Positions 25,282 through 37,933 of a stretch of 64,000 bases of DNA are shown piece by piece. Location: assembly GCA_027923505.1 (NCBI GenBank), contig BROI01000009.1, positions 372,001 through 436,000 of the forward strand. Direction: 5' to 3'. The stretch's first letter is position 1. Every line of letters starts with the position of its first letter. Under the pieces are notes generated by a model that ran no database searches, was not told the origin of the DNA, and saw only the letters and a list, made by a program, of their open reading frames with translations. This DNA is from Mayamaea pseudoterrestris. Lineage: Eukaryota. A program made the translations under genes and the position numbers.

Positions 25282-25726
25282 ATGCTCACAGTCAGCGGCG
25301 GCAGCGTCGTCGACGATCGATCAGTTGTGCTTATTGCGACTCCTACCGACAAGGACATCCTTTGTGGCAAAGACAAAACTTTTGGCCGTCACCCCGGAAA
25401 CTCAGGCCTTCCGAGCGATGATTACTGTCTACGTGCCTGTATACTCGAAAGCCATCACGAAGCAGTTGAAGATGCAGCTCACCAAAGAGATTGTTGCAAC
25501 ATTGCAGCATTCCCACGGTGCTCGCTTTCTTCAACCTTCTCCATGTCGAAATGGATGGAACGAGATTAATGATCAAGCTGCTCGTGATAAGACATCACAT
25601 GCCCTTCGATTTGCTGCGAAATCGTCTTCCGGTTTATGCAGGGGCAGCGACAAGAGTCAGGTATTCTTGCTGTCCGATTGTGTGGCTAGTCACATACTGC
25701 GAGGCATGGCTGTCAAGAAATGTTAA
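25282..25726 (+). pseudogene. DUF6824-domain (diatom-expanded) gene with a frameshift
   Basis: PTDKDILCGKDK..GRHPGN in one frame and QAFRAMI...KEIVATLQ...ARFL...W...AARDKTSHALR in another; a 1-nt excess at ~25402. Confidence 0.7.
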
Positions 25727-25761
25727 TTGATGGTATGCGGGAGGTGTCAATATTATGCATT

Positions 25762-26503
25762 CTAGTTTGATTTATATATAATTGCAATTAACCCAACATA
25801 AGTCTTGACGGACTGAAATCGTACGCAAGGGGTATCGCCTTCGTAATCAACGCATGTCACACTGGCGGTAGCAACATTAAGCTTCGTCATCGCGTTTGTA
25901 GTAATGTTAAGTGCCTCGCTTGTTATGCACCTCGTCACTTGCAAGTGAGAAACGATGCAAGCTGCACTTCCGGGGTCCATCAGCGATAGTGCACTGCGAT
26001 GCGCATTCATCACTCTCGACTTTAAAGCTGGAAGCGATTCTTCATTGGCTGTGTCACCGACTCTTCACATGCATCAAACCGAGACATGAGTGTGATCCTA
26101 TCCCCTCTTCAGTGAGTCCACACCAGTCCCCTTGGTCGAGCTCCTTGAACCCATCGATAATGGTCAACTCCAGGTCCGTCACATTTTACTGCTACTTTAT
26201 AACTTCATTGGCCTCATAGATGGCTCTCGAGAGGGGACTGCTAAACACTTTGTCAAACTGATTTGGCTCAAGTATGCACCAGCTGCTTGCGCTTCTTGTT
26301 TCTTGTTTCATGTTTGCCAAGTTTTAAAAGGCTCACGTCCATTGATCCGTAGAATACAGCCTTTTCACCCACAGGGTTGAAACTTCACCATGTTTGACTA
26401 GGAATACTGGAGAGTCATTTAGCGGTTAAAGCTACAGCAGGCAAAGCTGTGCCAAAAGAAGTTTGCGATATGGTTTTGTGGATCATCATCACAGGCAAAG
26501 CCA
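25762..26503 (-). pseudogene. Histidine phosphatase (phosphoglycerate mutase-like) pseudogene
   Basis: Fragments in several frames with stops: FLVKHGE, FYGSMDVSL, DKVFSSPLSRA, GFKELDQGDWCGLT, ESLPALKSRVMNA...IVSHLQVTRCI...VATASVTCVDY. Confidence 0.75.
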
Positions 26504-27040
26504 TCGAGGCGCGTCGTTTAAGTCCGTGAGAAAAGCCAAATGCCATAGATGCACTTAGAAAAAGTGTTGCTTGTAGCAACAGCAATATATAGATGTTGAA
26601 TCGACGAGGAATCCGTTTGTTGGCAAGAAATTGTGCGAAGACGATCAACAAGTTTTGTCGGCACCTCGTGCCAAATGTTCGATGAGTTGACGACACAACT
26701 GCAACAACGACGAGAGCATGTGACGTGGCACTTGTAGCATTAGTGGTGGATTTTCGTCTCTCTTGATCGTCATGATTTTGCTTGCAGCATGCAGACGTTT
26801 TTCTGTCATGGTCTTCGTTTCGCGGCGCGCTGATTGTAGTCACAAGTGTCGTAGCGTGACTGAGTGGAGTGCGGTACTTTTAACCCTTTCTTGGTTTTGA
26901 ACCGCGACGGCATTGGACGCGCGCCCCGCGCTTCATTCGTTCGCAACCAGAGATCCCAGCAGTGAACGCTCCAGTCCGCTGCACCGTCGAATTATACTGC
27001 AAAGACTCGAGTAATTCATTTGTGTACTTTTTGGTGAAAC

Positions 27041-30000
27041 ATGGCGGAGCTAGACGTTGATCGTTTTTTTAAGCGAATTGGAAAATTGCATTCGCAGTTT
27101 ATCAAGCACAAGTGAGTGCATTTTGTCAACGTATTGGCTGGGGCGTGTCTATCGAAATTCGATGAAAATGTAATATTGCAGTACAACGTTATATCCGTTG
27201 GCCCTCATATGCACAATATCTTGTCTCTCTTTTTACAGTGATGCAGTCTGGAACAAGGCGGATTGCCTGGTGCTGAGCCGTGGCAAGCAAGACGACGATG
27301 CTGTTGACAGCAAGTCAGCCATTGCCCATCGGTGGCTCTTTGGCTACGAGTTACCCGACACGATACTTTTAATCCGAAAAGATGGTAGTATTTGGTTTCT
27401 TGGAACGACCAAGAAGACGGAATTTTTGAGACAAGCCGTTGCAAATATTCCTCGTAAAGGATGCCCCATCAAGGAGATCCGCCTGCTCATTCGCAACAAG
27501 GAGGATAACAATGCGCACAATTTTGAAACATTGTGGGAGCAGGCTGGAATTGTGGATGGCTCAAACCGCACTATCGGTATTCTTGCTAAGGAGCATGACC
27601 AAAACAAGGCTGGCGGAGCTTGCGTCGGCCCGTTCGAAACGAGACTAAGCGACGCATCCAATCAAATCACTTTGGTTGATATCGCTTCTGGTTTATCATT
27701 TTGCATGTCGGTGAAGGATGACCTGGAGCTTGATCTGATGCGCAAAAGCTCTGTGTTGAGTAACAAAATTATGAAGCATGGATTCGTCGTCAAAATGGAG
27801 TCGGTAATTGACCAGGAGAAGGCCATAACTCGTAAGTTCTTAGCGTTTACTGTTTAATTCCTATTCGCAATAGCCAGACACCCACTTACTCTTATTGCAT
27901 CTGCTTGATTATCAGACGAACAACTTGCGCAATACATTGAGGATATCATTGAAGATCCGTCAATCATAAAACTCAAGGTCCCCAAGGACGATGTGACGTC
28001 GTGCTACTTTCCAAGCATTCATTCGGGCGGGGACTACGATATGAGATTATCGGCAGTTTCTAATAACAAGGAGCTTTCCCATGACGTTATTACCGTGTCG
28101 ATAGGAGCAAAGTACAAGAATGTAAGTCAGATACGTAAGCGCATTCGTGGCGTTCATTAATAGTGAATGGCTAACCAGATCACATGTGCTTCGCGTGCTT
28201 TCCAGTATTCTAGCAATATCGCTCGTACCTATCTCGTTGACCCTCCAAAGAAATTGTCGGAAACATACGAAGCTCTCCTTGAACTCCAGGAGATTTGCAT
28301 TGATACAATGAAGCCGGGCAACGAGCTCAGGGAGGTACACAAGGCGGCGGTCCGGTATCTCCAGTCTAACCCCAAACATGAACATTTAGTGGAGCACTTG
28401 CCCAAGAATTTGGGATTTTGTACGGGTCTGGACTTTCGCGAAGCTCCTTTGCTTTTAAGCCCAAAAAATATGGCCACTTTTAAGAAGGGAATGGTGTTCA
28501 GTCTCATTCTATCATTCCACAATGTGCCCTTGTCGAAAGAGGATCGCTCGTCGTTATCAGATAAAAGCTCCACTAAAAAGCTAGAAAATTACTCGCTCCT
28601 CTTGTCGGATATGATTGTCATTACATCTGAGACGGCCGACGTCCTTACTAAGTTGGGAAAGACTCTAACGGATGTCGCTTACAATATTAATGAGACTGTC
28701 GGGGAAGTAATCAGCGATGACGACGAGAGCGAAGACGAGGAAGATGCCAACAGTGATGAAGTTCCGAGTACAACAAAGGGTGACAAGCAGCTGGCAAGGA
28801 AATTGGCTCGCGAATCTAGTACAACGGGACGAAAATCCACGCGATTGGCGCAAGAGCAAGCGAGTGCGGAAGCATCGGAAGGGGCGGCGAAGCGTTTGAT
28901 GAAGCAGGTCGAGCTCATGAAACGGCGAAACGAGGAAAGATTAAGAGAACAGGCCCGAGCTAATAGAAAGAAGGATGGCGGCGAGAGTAAGACTGCTGCC
29001 GATGAATTGGAAGTATACAAACGCACACGCGATTTCCCCGACAGTGTGCAACCCAACCAGGTAAAAGTGGACATGGTAAATCAGTGCGTACTACTTCCTA
29101 TCTGCGGAATCGCTGTTCCGTTTCATATCAGTACGATCAAGAATGTTGTCATGCCTGACGCGGACAATGTGACGCTTCTACGAATCAATTTTTATACGCC
29201 TGGAGTCGCGCTGGGCAAGGAGGCGCCTGCAAACATGGTGAAGCTTGTTCAAAAGTATGCACCTTACGCGTCCTTCATCCGAGAAATGACGTTCAGAAGC
29301 CTGGATGGACACAATCTTACGCTCGCGTTCCGACAAATCTCCGAGCTGCGCAAACGCGAACGCCAGAAAGAGATCACTGAACAGGAAGAAGCTAATCTTG
29401 TTAAGCAGGAAAAGCTTGTACGGACCAAAAACGAACGCGTGCCTCGTCTCGCTGATTTGACGATGCGGCCTGCTTTTGCTGGTCGTAAGACCCAAGGTAA
29501 CTTGGAAGCGCATACGAATGGTCTTCGGTTTATCTCCACCCGGAATGAACTCGTCGACATTATGTACGAAAACATTAAATACGCCGTGTTTCAGCCATGT
29601 GAAAATGAAATAATGGTTTTGATCCACTTCCATTTGAAGAATCCTATAATGGTTGGGAAGAAGCGACACAGCGATGTGCAGTTTTTTACGGAGGTTGTCG
29701 ACGCATCTTCCGCAGTTGACAACTCCCGACGTAGCATGTACGATCCAGACGAAATGGACGACGAACAGCGAGAGCGGCAACTCAGAAAGCGTCTCAACCA
29801 AGCTTTCAAGGAGTTCTGCAAGAAAGTTGATGCAGTGGCAAAGAACAATGGGCATGGGTTGGAGTTTGAAATTCCATACCGCGATTTGGGCTTCACCGGC
29901 AATCCACACAAGGAAATGGTTACCATCATGCCGACTCTGAGCTGCCTCGTAAACCTTACAGAGACTCCGTTCTTTGTCGTTGATCTACAGCAGGTAGATC

Positions 30001-30581
30001 ATGTTCATTTTGAGCGCATCAGTTACATGAGCAAAGCTTTCGATATCGTTTTAATCAACAAGGATTTTAAGAAGTCACCGTGGCGCATTGATATGATTTC
30101 GAACGACAACAAGGAATCAATACAGGAGTGGCTCACGGATATGGAAATTACCTTTACCGAAGGGCCAATGAATTTGAATTGGAAGCAGATCATGGCTACG
30201 ATCGCGGATGACGATCGTTTCTACATGGACACGGAGGACGACGAGGTGACGAGCAAACCAGCGGGATGGGAATTTCTTCGCATGTCAGGCGATGATGAGG
30301 ACGAGGAAGGCGAGGATCCGGACGCGGATGACTCTGAGTTTGATGAAGATAAGGAAGAGAGCGAAGGTTCTGAAGCGTCCGAGAGTGAGGAAGAATTCGA
30401 CTCTGAAGATGACGAAGATGATTTCGACGAGGACGCTGAGGATGAGCTTGAAGAGCAAGGCCTCGATTGGGATGAGATGGAAGCTAAAGCCGCATCCGAC
30501 GACAAGCGAAAGCGGGCACTTGGTGAAGATGTCGATGAAGATAAACCTCAGCGTACTACAAAGAAACATCGTCGGCGTTAG
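27041..30581 (+). CDS. SPT16: FACT complex subunit SPT16, 4 exons
   Basis: WLFGYELPDT, SNIARTYLVDP, VPFHISTIKN, LRINFYTPG, LEAHTNGLRF, HFHLKNPIMVGKKR..DVQFFTEV, CLVNLTETPFFV, HFERI, NLNWKQIM, acidic tail. Confidence 0.97.
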
Positions 30582-30634
30582 GAGCAGTGCGTTACAGTGA
30601 ATATTGAAGTACAGACAAATCTAAAACGGTTTCG

Positions 30635-32600
30635 CTAATTCTTAAGCAAACTTCTGATCGAACTGCGGTAGCTAGATGATATGTGGTCGCTGGTAGCATA
30701 AAGAAATAGTACGTCAGCAACTCCCAAAGAAACGGGAACCGTTCCACCGATCACACGACTTTTCAATGATCGCTACTTACGTTACCATTCTCTCATCCAT
30801 TTCGATATACTGAAGCATTAATGATGTACCATCAGTTATACACAGTCTTTTAGCTGTCCGGTCCTCGATTGTTTCACTCTTCGTCCCACTCACAGTTGTT
30901 GATGACGCCTCCTTTTTCCACAAGTCGTACATGTGAAGCACTCTGCCAGCGACGAATAAATGGTCCGGGTCCTTGACCTCAACCTGCTCAGTGGATTGGC
31001 GCATGCCACTTTCTATTTCTTCTTGCGTCATTAAAAGTTGACCAACCGCCCCTTTCGACAGCATTCGAATGAAAGCGCTCGTAGACTCAAAATCTTTCGG
31101 ACTCACGCCTTTTTGCTTCAGTTTCTCGCCCACTCGCTTGAGAAATTCTGCGAGTATCATGAGGTTGCACAGCGACGCACGTGCGACGACGTCGCTATTG
31201 TTGACAATTGTCGTACAGAAAGAGCTGCAGGCCAAAGCTGCATCGTGATCAAGGACCGGCGGCGACGCGAAAGCTACAACCTGTCGGATTTTGCGAAAAT
31301 AGCGGCGACCACGATGTAGATAGCAGTAAGTGACAGCTTTCTATTTCGCTACATCATAAATGACGCACCTTGAGTTGATCGCCCTGATCGTCGAGGAATG
31401 CCGGGAATCTGGCTCTCAACATGACACCAAGCAAAGCAGCGACGCCTGCACCCAAGCTATGACCAGTGATGAAAATTTTGTATCGATTTGGTAAAATGAG
31501 TTCCTCGATGAGTATCTCGACGTCGATAGCCAAACGATTTGCTGCCGCGAGAATGCCTTCATGGCCATAAATTTGCGTGGGACCGTCCCTAATGAATGGT
31601 CCGACCAAAGTGTGCTTGATCGATTGGCCGCAGCAATCGGTCAGCATATCTTCAAAACCCGATGAGCCCTTGATACTGATCAGAACCGTCTTACGCTCTT
31701 TACTTATGGCAATATAGTGAGCCGCACATCCAGGAAGGGCAAGCTTGTCGTGTCTCTGTCGACAAGCCAAGGTGAGATTTAATTGATTTGAGTAGATTAA
31801 TGCAAAAGGAAATACAATTATAGTCTTACCAACAAGTAGAACTTGTGATTGGCCAACTCTTTTGCCAATGTGTTGTCATCTTCAAACTCGTCGTACGCCC
31901 AGTCGGCAAAATCAAATGCTTCATCCATGCCGCGAAGCTCATCGGCAGGATGGTCTACCGTGATGCCGGATTTATCGTAAGTACTATCTCGAAACTCTGG
32001 TATCTGCTCTTTTATCTGAGCAATCATAATCAACAATGCTAAAAGCGATGCTTGCGTTGCAGCAGGCTCTGGGGCACCGTCGTCAAGTTTGTCGTTAATC
32101 TTTCGAAACAAGGCTTGCAGCTTAACTGAGAGCGCAGGTATGGATGTAAAGTCGTTTGGATCATTAACAAAAGTTTCCTTTCTCGGATTGACAAACGGTA
32201 TCTGTCGCTTGATCCAGTCGGGAATCAATCTCCAAAGCTCTCTCGTAACAAGTGCAAAGACCGCAGTTTGGAGAAAGATTGATCGTACGGCAATCGATGC
32301 CGGTGACACAATTTCCGTCGTTCCTGCCCCGCCATGTCTGATCACAGCCTTATTTGCCCCCAATTTGTATCCTGCCGTAAATGCGAATATGGCTGGCCAA
32401 AGTCGGAAGTCCCTTAATTTCTGAATTATATTGTTGGAGGTTGCGTTTGTTGTGATCTTGACGTTCTGGATCGGACTTCGCTTTGCCGAGGGAGCGTAGC
32501 CGTCGCCATTGATTGGCTCGTTGACGACTGCCTGAGCAATTGATTTGGCGGGCTTATCCAAAGGTATTGATATCTTATTCATGAGCGCATATCGAGTCAA
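30635..32600 (-). CDS. Class 3 lipase (DAG-lipase-like alpha/beta hydrolase), multi-exon; 5' end uncertain
   Basis: ISIKGSSGFEDMLTD, GHEGILAAA, ITGHSLGAGVAALL, FASPPVL, VNNSDVVARAS, last exon DHISSSY. Four GT-AG introns inferred. Confidence 0.8.
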
Positions 32601-32882
32601 GGGGAAAAAAGTCTAGTTGCTAGTTGATACGGTATGCAGATTGACTGCGAATGCAATAACGCAGCGAAAATGATGGCAGCCGAAAACGCATCGACATCAA
32701 AATGATTGTCGCAGCGGTTCTAAGGAGTCGGATCATGGCGGCTGCGGTGCGCACAAAGCGAAAGGCGACGACGAGGAACCGAGGAACTGGATCATCGCAG
32801 GTCGGCCGTTAATGATATCATATCACACACGAGCACAACTACCGGTGTGTACTCATTGGACAAAGCTCGTCTCGTCAAGACC

Positions 32883-35800
32883 ATGCGATCCGCCCGCTTC
32901 GCCTTCCTTCTTTCCTACCAGTTCCTTGCGGAGTCTCTTGGCTTTGTAGTGCACAAAGTTTGTCGAAATGCAGCTTCGTCAAACTTCGCTTCCCCAAACC
33001 AATCGCCCTCGACGATCGGACACGGAGGACTGCCCGCATCTGAGCGCCCGAAAATCGTGTTAGTGGCTGGCTTCGAGTCATTTAACCGAGAACTATATAA
33101 AAGAGCAGCAGATGATATTGACATTGAGCTCCATGTGTTTGCAGATTCGGATATTCGGGTAGCCAACAATTTGCCAAGTTTGGATCCAAACGATTTAAGT
33201 CTTCATCCTTCGTTTCGGCAAGCTCTACTGGACGCAGATGCTTTTATCGGTTCACTGATCTTTGACTATGACGATGTACTAGCCATCAAAAGCTTATTGC
33301 CGAAAATTAATGGGCCGCGACTCATCTTTGAAAGTGCTACCGAACTGATGGAATTCAACAGCGTCGGCACTTTTAACATGGCGAAAGTAGACGATGGATC
33401 TGCGCCTGGTCCTCCTCCAGCAATCAAGACAATTCTGTCTACATTTGGTTCTGGCAAAGAGGAAGACAAGTTGAGTGGATACTTGAAGCTTTTAAAGGTT
33501 GGGCCGGACCTGTTGAAGTTTGTGCCTGGTGACAAAGCAAGCGATTTGCGCACCTGGCTAGAAGCATATCGTTACTGGAATCAAGGCGGTGCAAGCAACG
33601 TCAAGTCCATGCTTCAAATTATCAACACACTTTGTCGCTCGGCTCATTCAGAATTGAAACAACTACCTCAGCTTCAAGTTACACCAGACATTGGCCTTAT
33701 TCATCCGCTATTTTATCGAAGCAGCGATGGCGTCTCACCCTATTTCGAGTCTCCTCGCGATTACCTCTCTTGGCGTTTGTCCGACCGGACGAAACATTTA
33801 GCAATAAAGCATAACTTTCGTTTGGCACCAGCAGGTGCTCCTCGGGTTGCAATGTTGCTGTATCGAAAGCATGTCATTACGGAGCAACGCTATCTGCAGG
33901 ATTTATTGACCATTGTGGAGGAGCAAGGTATTATTCCTATCCCCATTTTCATCAATGGAGTCGAGGCGCATACAATTGTGCGGGACTTGCTGACGAGCGA
34001 GTATGAGACAGAAATGGTGAAACGAGGGAAGTTTCATCGTGCTGATACGTACCAACACAACAACGCCGTTGCCGTTGAAGCAATTGTGAATACAATTGGG
34101 TTTCCGTTGGTGGGTGGCCCTGCTGGTAGTATGGAGGCAGGACGCAACGTGGACATTGCAAAGGAACTGCTGACATCCATGAATGTTCCTTACATGGTAG
34201 CGAGCCCCTTGCTTTTGCAGTCGATTCAGCAATGGAAAAGAAATGGTGTTCAGGGGTTACAATCAGTCGTTCTCTATTCATTGCCCGAGCTAGATGGGGC
34301 GGTGGACACCGTTGTACTCGGTGGTCTTGTTGGTGACAAGATTGCGCTGGTGCCAGAGCGAGTGCGTAAACTGATTCAGCGCATTGATGGATGGGTGCGG
34401 CTGCGAAGAACGCCACCCAGTGATCGAAAAATAGCTATATCAGTATATGGCTTTCCACCAAACGTTGGTGCCGTCGGTACTGCTGCCTTGCTGGACGTCC
34501 CCAGATCACTCGAAATGCTGCTAGCTCGTTTGCACAAGGAAGGTTACAATCTTGGTGACTGGGCGGCTTACCCTGATGCGTCTGGCGAAAGTCTTGTCGC
34601 CGCACTGGCAGTACTGTGCGAGGACCGCGTTGTCGTTGGGGGTGCAGACCGCATGCCAGCTGCACTAGAGAACAAGATTGAGCGAGCTTCTGGCGGCGAC
34701 AGGACTGTGGCAGAATCACTCGGTCGAAATGGCAGGGGTCTCGGCGGTGCTCGCGTGGTCGCGAAGAATATATCATCTGATGAGCTGGAGAAGATGGTGG
34801 GAAAGTACATGTACAAAAAGGTTCGCCGTGCTTGGAATGAAAAACAACGCGGACCCGGCGTCTCGGCTAATGGAGACTTTGTTGTTGCTGGTTTGCAGGT
34901 TGGCAATGTATGGATTTTTGTGCAACCGATGCTGGGTGTGGAAGGGGATCCTATGAGGCTCTTGTTTGAAAGGGATTTGACGCCCCATCCACAATATTGC
35001 GCCACTTATGAGTGGATGAAATTACCGGAATCGCGCGGTGGGTTCGGAGCAAATGCAGTTCTTCATCTAGGTATGCATGGAACCGTGGAATGGCTTCCAG
35101 GCCAACCGCTTGGGAATGATCGGAAGTCATGGAGCGACGAGCTTCTTGGTGAACTCCCTAACATTTATATATACGCTGCCAATAATCCAAGTGAAAGTAT
35201 TTTGGCGAAGCGACGTGGCTACGCTACAATCGTGTCTTACAACGTTCCGCCATACGGCCGCAGCGGCCTTTACCTGGAGCTGGCAAGTCTGAAAGACGTG
35301 ATTGACGAATATAGAGCTTCACACGGAGAAAGCGATATGTATCTTTTGCAGACGATATATGACCTATCGCTTCGCAGCGGCATGATCAAGGATGTTCCTT
35401 TGTTCAACGACGGTTGTGTAGATGACAGTGCATTGAGCATCCTAAGTTTAGCCGACAAGAATGACTGGGTGTCTAGATTAAGCGATCACCTGAATCTCTT
35501 GCAAGATAGGTTGTTCTCAAGCGGCTTACATATTTTTGGAAGCCGTCCAACGGATGAAGATCTTTTGGCGTACGGGTCAGCTTATTTCGGTGATCGACTG
35601 TCGGAAGATTCACTTCGCCAATCCATTACAAAGTTTCGCGAAGCATCGAGTAATCGATCACAAAACATTTGGGCCGATTTGATAGCATCGATTGACTCCC
35701 TACTTGGTTTATCTGCACTGTCTACAGTCTCAAGTATCGAGGACGATGTAATGGACGTCATTAACTTGTTGGATCGGTCCACCGAGGAACTCGACAATGT

Positions 35801-37181
35801 CATTAACGCGCTAGATGGAGGCTTTGTGCCTGCTGCTCCTGGTGGAGACCTTCTTCGTGACGGCATTGGCGTTCTCCCCACTGGCAGAAATATTCATGCT
35901 CTCGACCCTTTTCGAATCCCATCACCTGGCGCATGGGCGCGGGGCAAACGAGCAGCCGACGAGATTTTACGACAACACAAAGAAAAGAACAGCGGTCAGT
36001 ATCCCGAAACGGTGGCTGTTACGCTATGGGGATTAGATTCAATAAAAACAAAAGGCGAGTCAGTAGCCATTGTGCTTGCCTTAGTCGGTGCTCACCCCAT
36101 TAAAGAGACGACCGGAAGAATTGTTCGGTACGATCTCATTTCACTTAAGGAGCTGGGACGTCCGCGCATTGACGTTCTTGCATCGCTGAGTGGCATCTTT
36201 CGGGACTCTTTTGCAAACATTGTCGATTTACTGGATGACATGTTCGAGCGGGCGGCGCAAGCTGATGAGCCGCTTAATCGCAACTTTGTCAGAAAACATG
36301 CCATGGAGCTACTGGAGAGCGGAGTTTCGGAACGAGTCGCTGCCCGACTTTTCAGCAACCCGTAAGTCGCAGCATAGCATGTACTGCACATGAAAAAGCA
36401 CTTCCTCATTCAGCTTGATTGTTCTTACAGGCCCGGAGATTACGGAAGCATGGTTAATGAAGTAGTTGGGACCGGGGATTGGGAGGACAAAGACGCGCTA
36501 GGCGAAATCTGGCAAAGCCGAAATAGCTTCTCATATGGTCGAGGTGAAGGAAGCATTGAAGCTGCAGGGCGGGCCCGACCAGAAGTATTGGATAAACTAT
36601 TGTCGACGACTGAACGGGTTGTGCAAGAGATTGACAGCGTCGAATACGGGCTATCGGACATCCAAGAGTATTATGCAAATACTGGTGCGTTGAAAATAGC
36701 AGCCGAGAACCGAAGATCCGTGGATTCATTAACAGGCAAACGGAAAAAGGTGGCACTTTCCGTGATCGAAGCATTTGGTATTGGTGGCGACGACGCACCA
36801 ATGGCAGTCCAAGACGTCGAAGATGTACTGCGTCTGGAGTATAGAAGCAAGCTGCTTAATCCAAAATGGAGGGATAAGATGCTGGGTCAAGGCTCTGGGG
36901 GCGCCTACGAAATATCTCAACGGATGACAGCTTTGATCGGTTGGGCTGCCACCGCAAAAATAGATAATTATGTCTTTGACCAAGCTGCTGAACGCTATGC
37001 CCTGGACGACGATGTTGCCAAAACGTTGCAGCGATCAAATCCTGAGGCATTCAAAAACGTAATCCGCAGATTTTTGGAAGCTGCCGGTAGAGGGATGTGG
37101 TCGACCGATGCTGAAACATTAACAAAACTGCAATTGTTGTATGCAGACGCAGACGATCTTGTGGAGCAGGGATCGAGCTAA
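32883..37181 (+). CDS. chlH: Magnesium chelatase subunit H (CobN/ChlH family, ChlH2/BchH-like type), 2 exons
   Basis: GFPLVGGPAGS, YSLPELDGA, HLGMHGTVEWLPG, YAANNPSESILAKRR, LPTGRNIHALDP, RPRIDVLASLSGIFRD, FSNP|PGDYGS, IDSVEYGLSDIQEYYANTG, KLLNPKW. Intron 36362-36430; N-terminal signal peptide. Confidence 0.93.
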
Positions 37182-37403
37182 TGCCATGGTAGAGCAACAT
37201 AGGAATATCGTACCAATGGTTTATCTGGAGACGGACATTAACGCGATTTTGATGCATTCGGTTGGGTTCAAAAGATCCGGGTTGTCGCATGGCCCAAAGA
37301 TTATCAAGTTTCGTGCTGCTCCAAATCTAGTGGCGCAGCCGATGTTGCGTGCAGGGCCAATAACCGCAAACACATTTGAAATCAAACCGCGATAGTCACA
37401 ACA

Positions 37404-37887
37404 TGTTGGAACATGTCTGGGAACACAGTAATTTAGCTACCTTCGGTGATCCGGTTATGAGGGCTTGGCCGCGTCAGTCGGCGGGCACCACTGGCTGGAC
37501 CTCAGGACCGATGAACCGGACCATCGATGTGATCATCTTTCTTCGAACCCTTTAATCTAAAAGCATGCCATAGACCTATTGTTATACCTAACAGTAAGCC
37601 TATAAAGCCTTCAGCTATATACCTAGGATTACTCCCAGTTGATTAAGAAGCGGGAACGCGGACATCAACAGGCAAGTACCCAGTGGCCTCACCGATCCAT
37701 CGGCCACGAACCAGACTGTGCAACTGCTGCACAAATTGACCGGAGACGGACAAGCTAACCGGGAACGGCTAGTCTGCAGTTGACACAGCCTATCAGATTG
37801 CAACCGGATTCATTGAGTAGCGTCAGTGATACTAAATCCGCTGCGACACCAAGACCAAGCTCACCGCTGTGCAAGCTTGTTCTAACA
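37404..37887 (+). repeat. 5' LTR of element A
   Basis: Starts TGTTGGAAC, ends GTTCTAACA (imperfect terminal inverted repeat); identical by eye to 45691-46174. Confidence 0.97.
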
Positions 37888-37900
37888 GGTTTACGAGCCC
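37888..37900 (+). promoter_or_regulatory. Primer binding site, probably the internal tRNAi-Met type
   Basis: GGTTTACGAGCCC directly abuts the 5' LTR and resembles the GGTTATGGGCCC PBS of Drosophila copia-type elements. Confidence 0.65.
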
Positions 37901-37933
37901 AAATAACAACACTGCTGTGCAGATCCGACCACC

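Noticed and set aside
29178..29909. Long antisense ORFs over SPT16, SAHH, SNAPC1-like and pol
   Set aside because: Shadow frames of well-supported genes on the opposite strand.
37399..37408. Palindrome CAACATGTTG at the left LTR junction as the end of a second, inverted LTR
   Set aside because: Sequence left of 37403 does not match either element's LTR; a 5 bp match can arise by chance.
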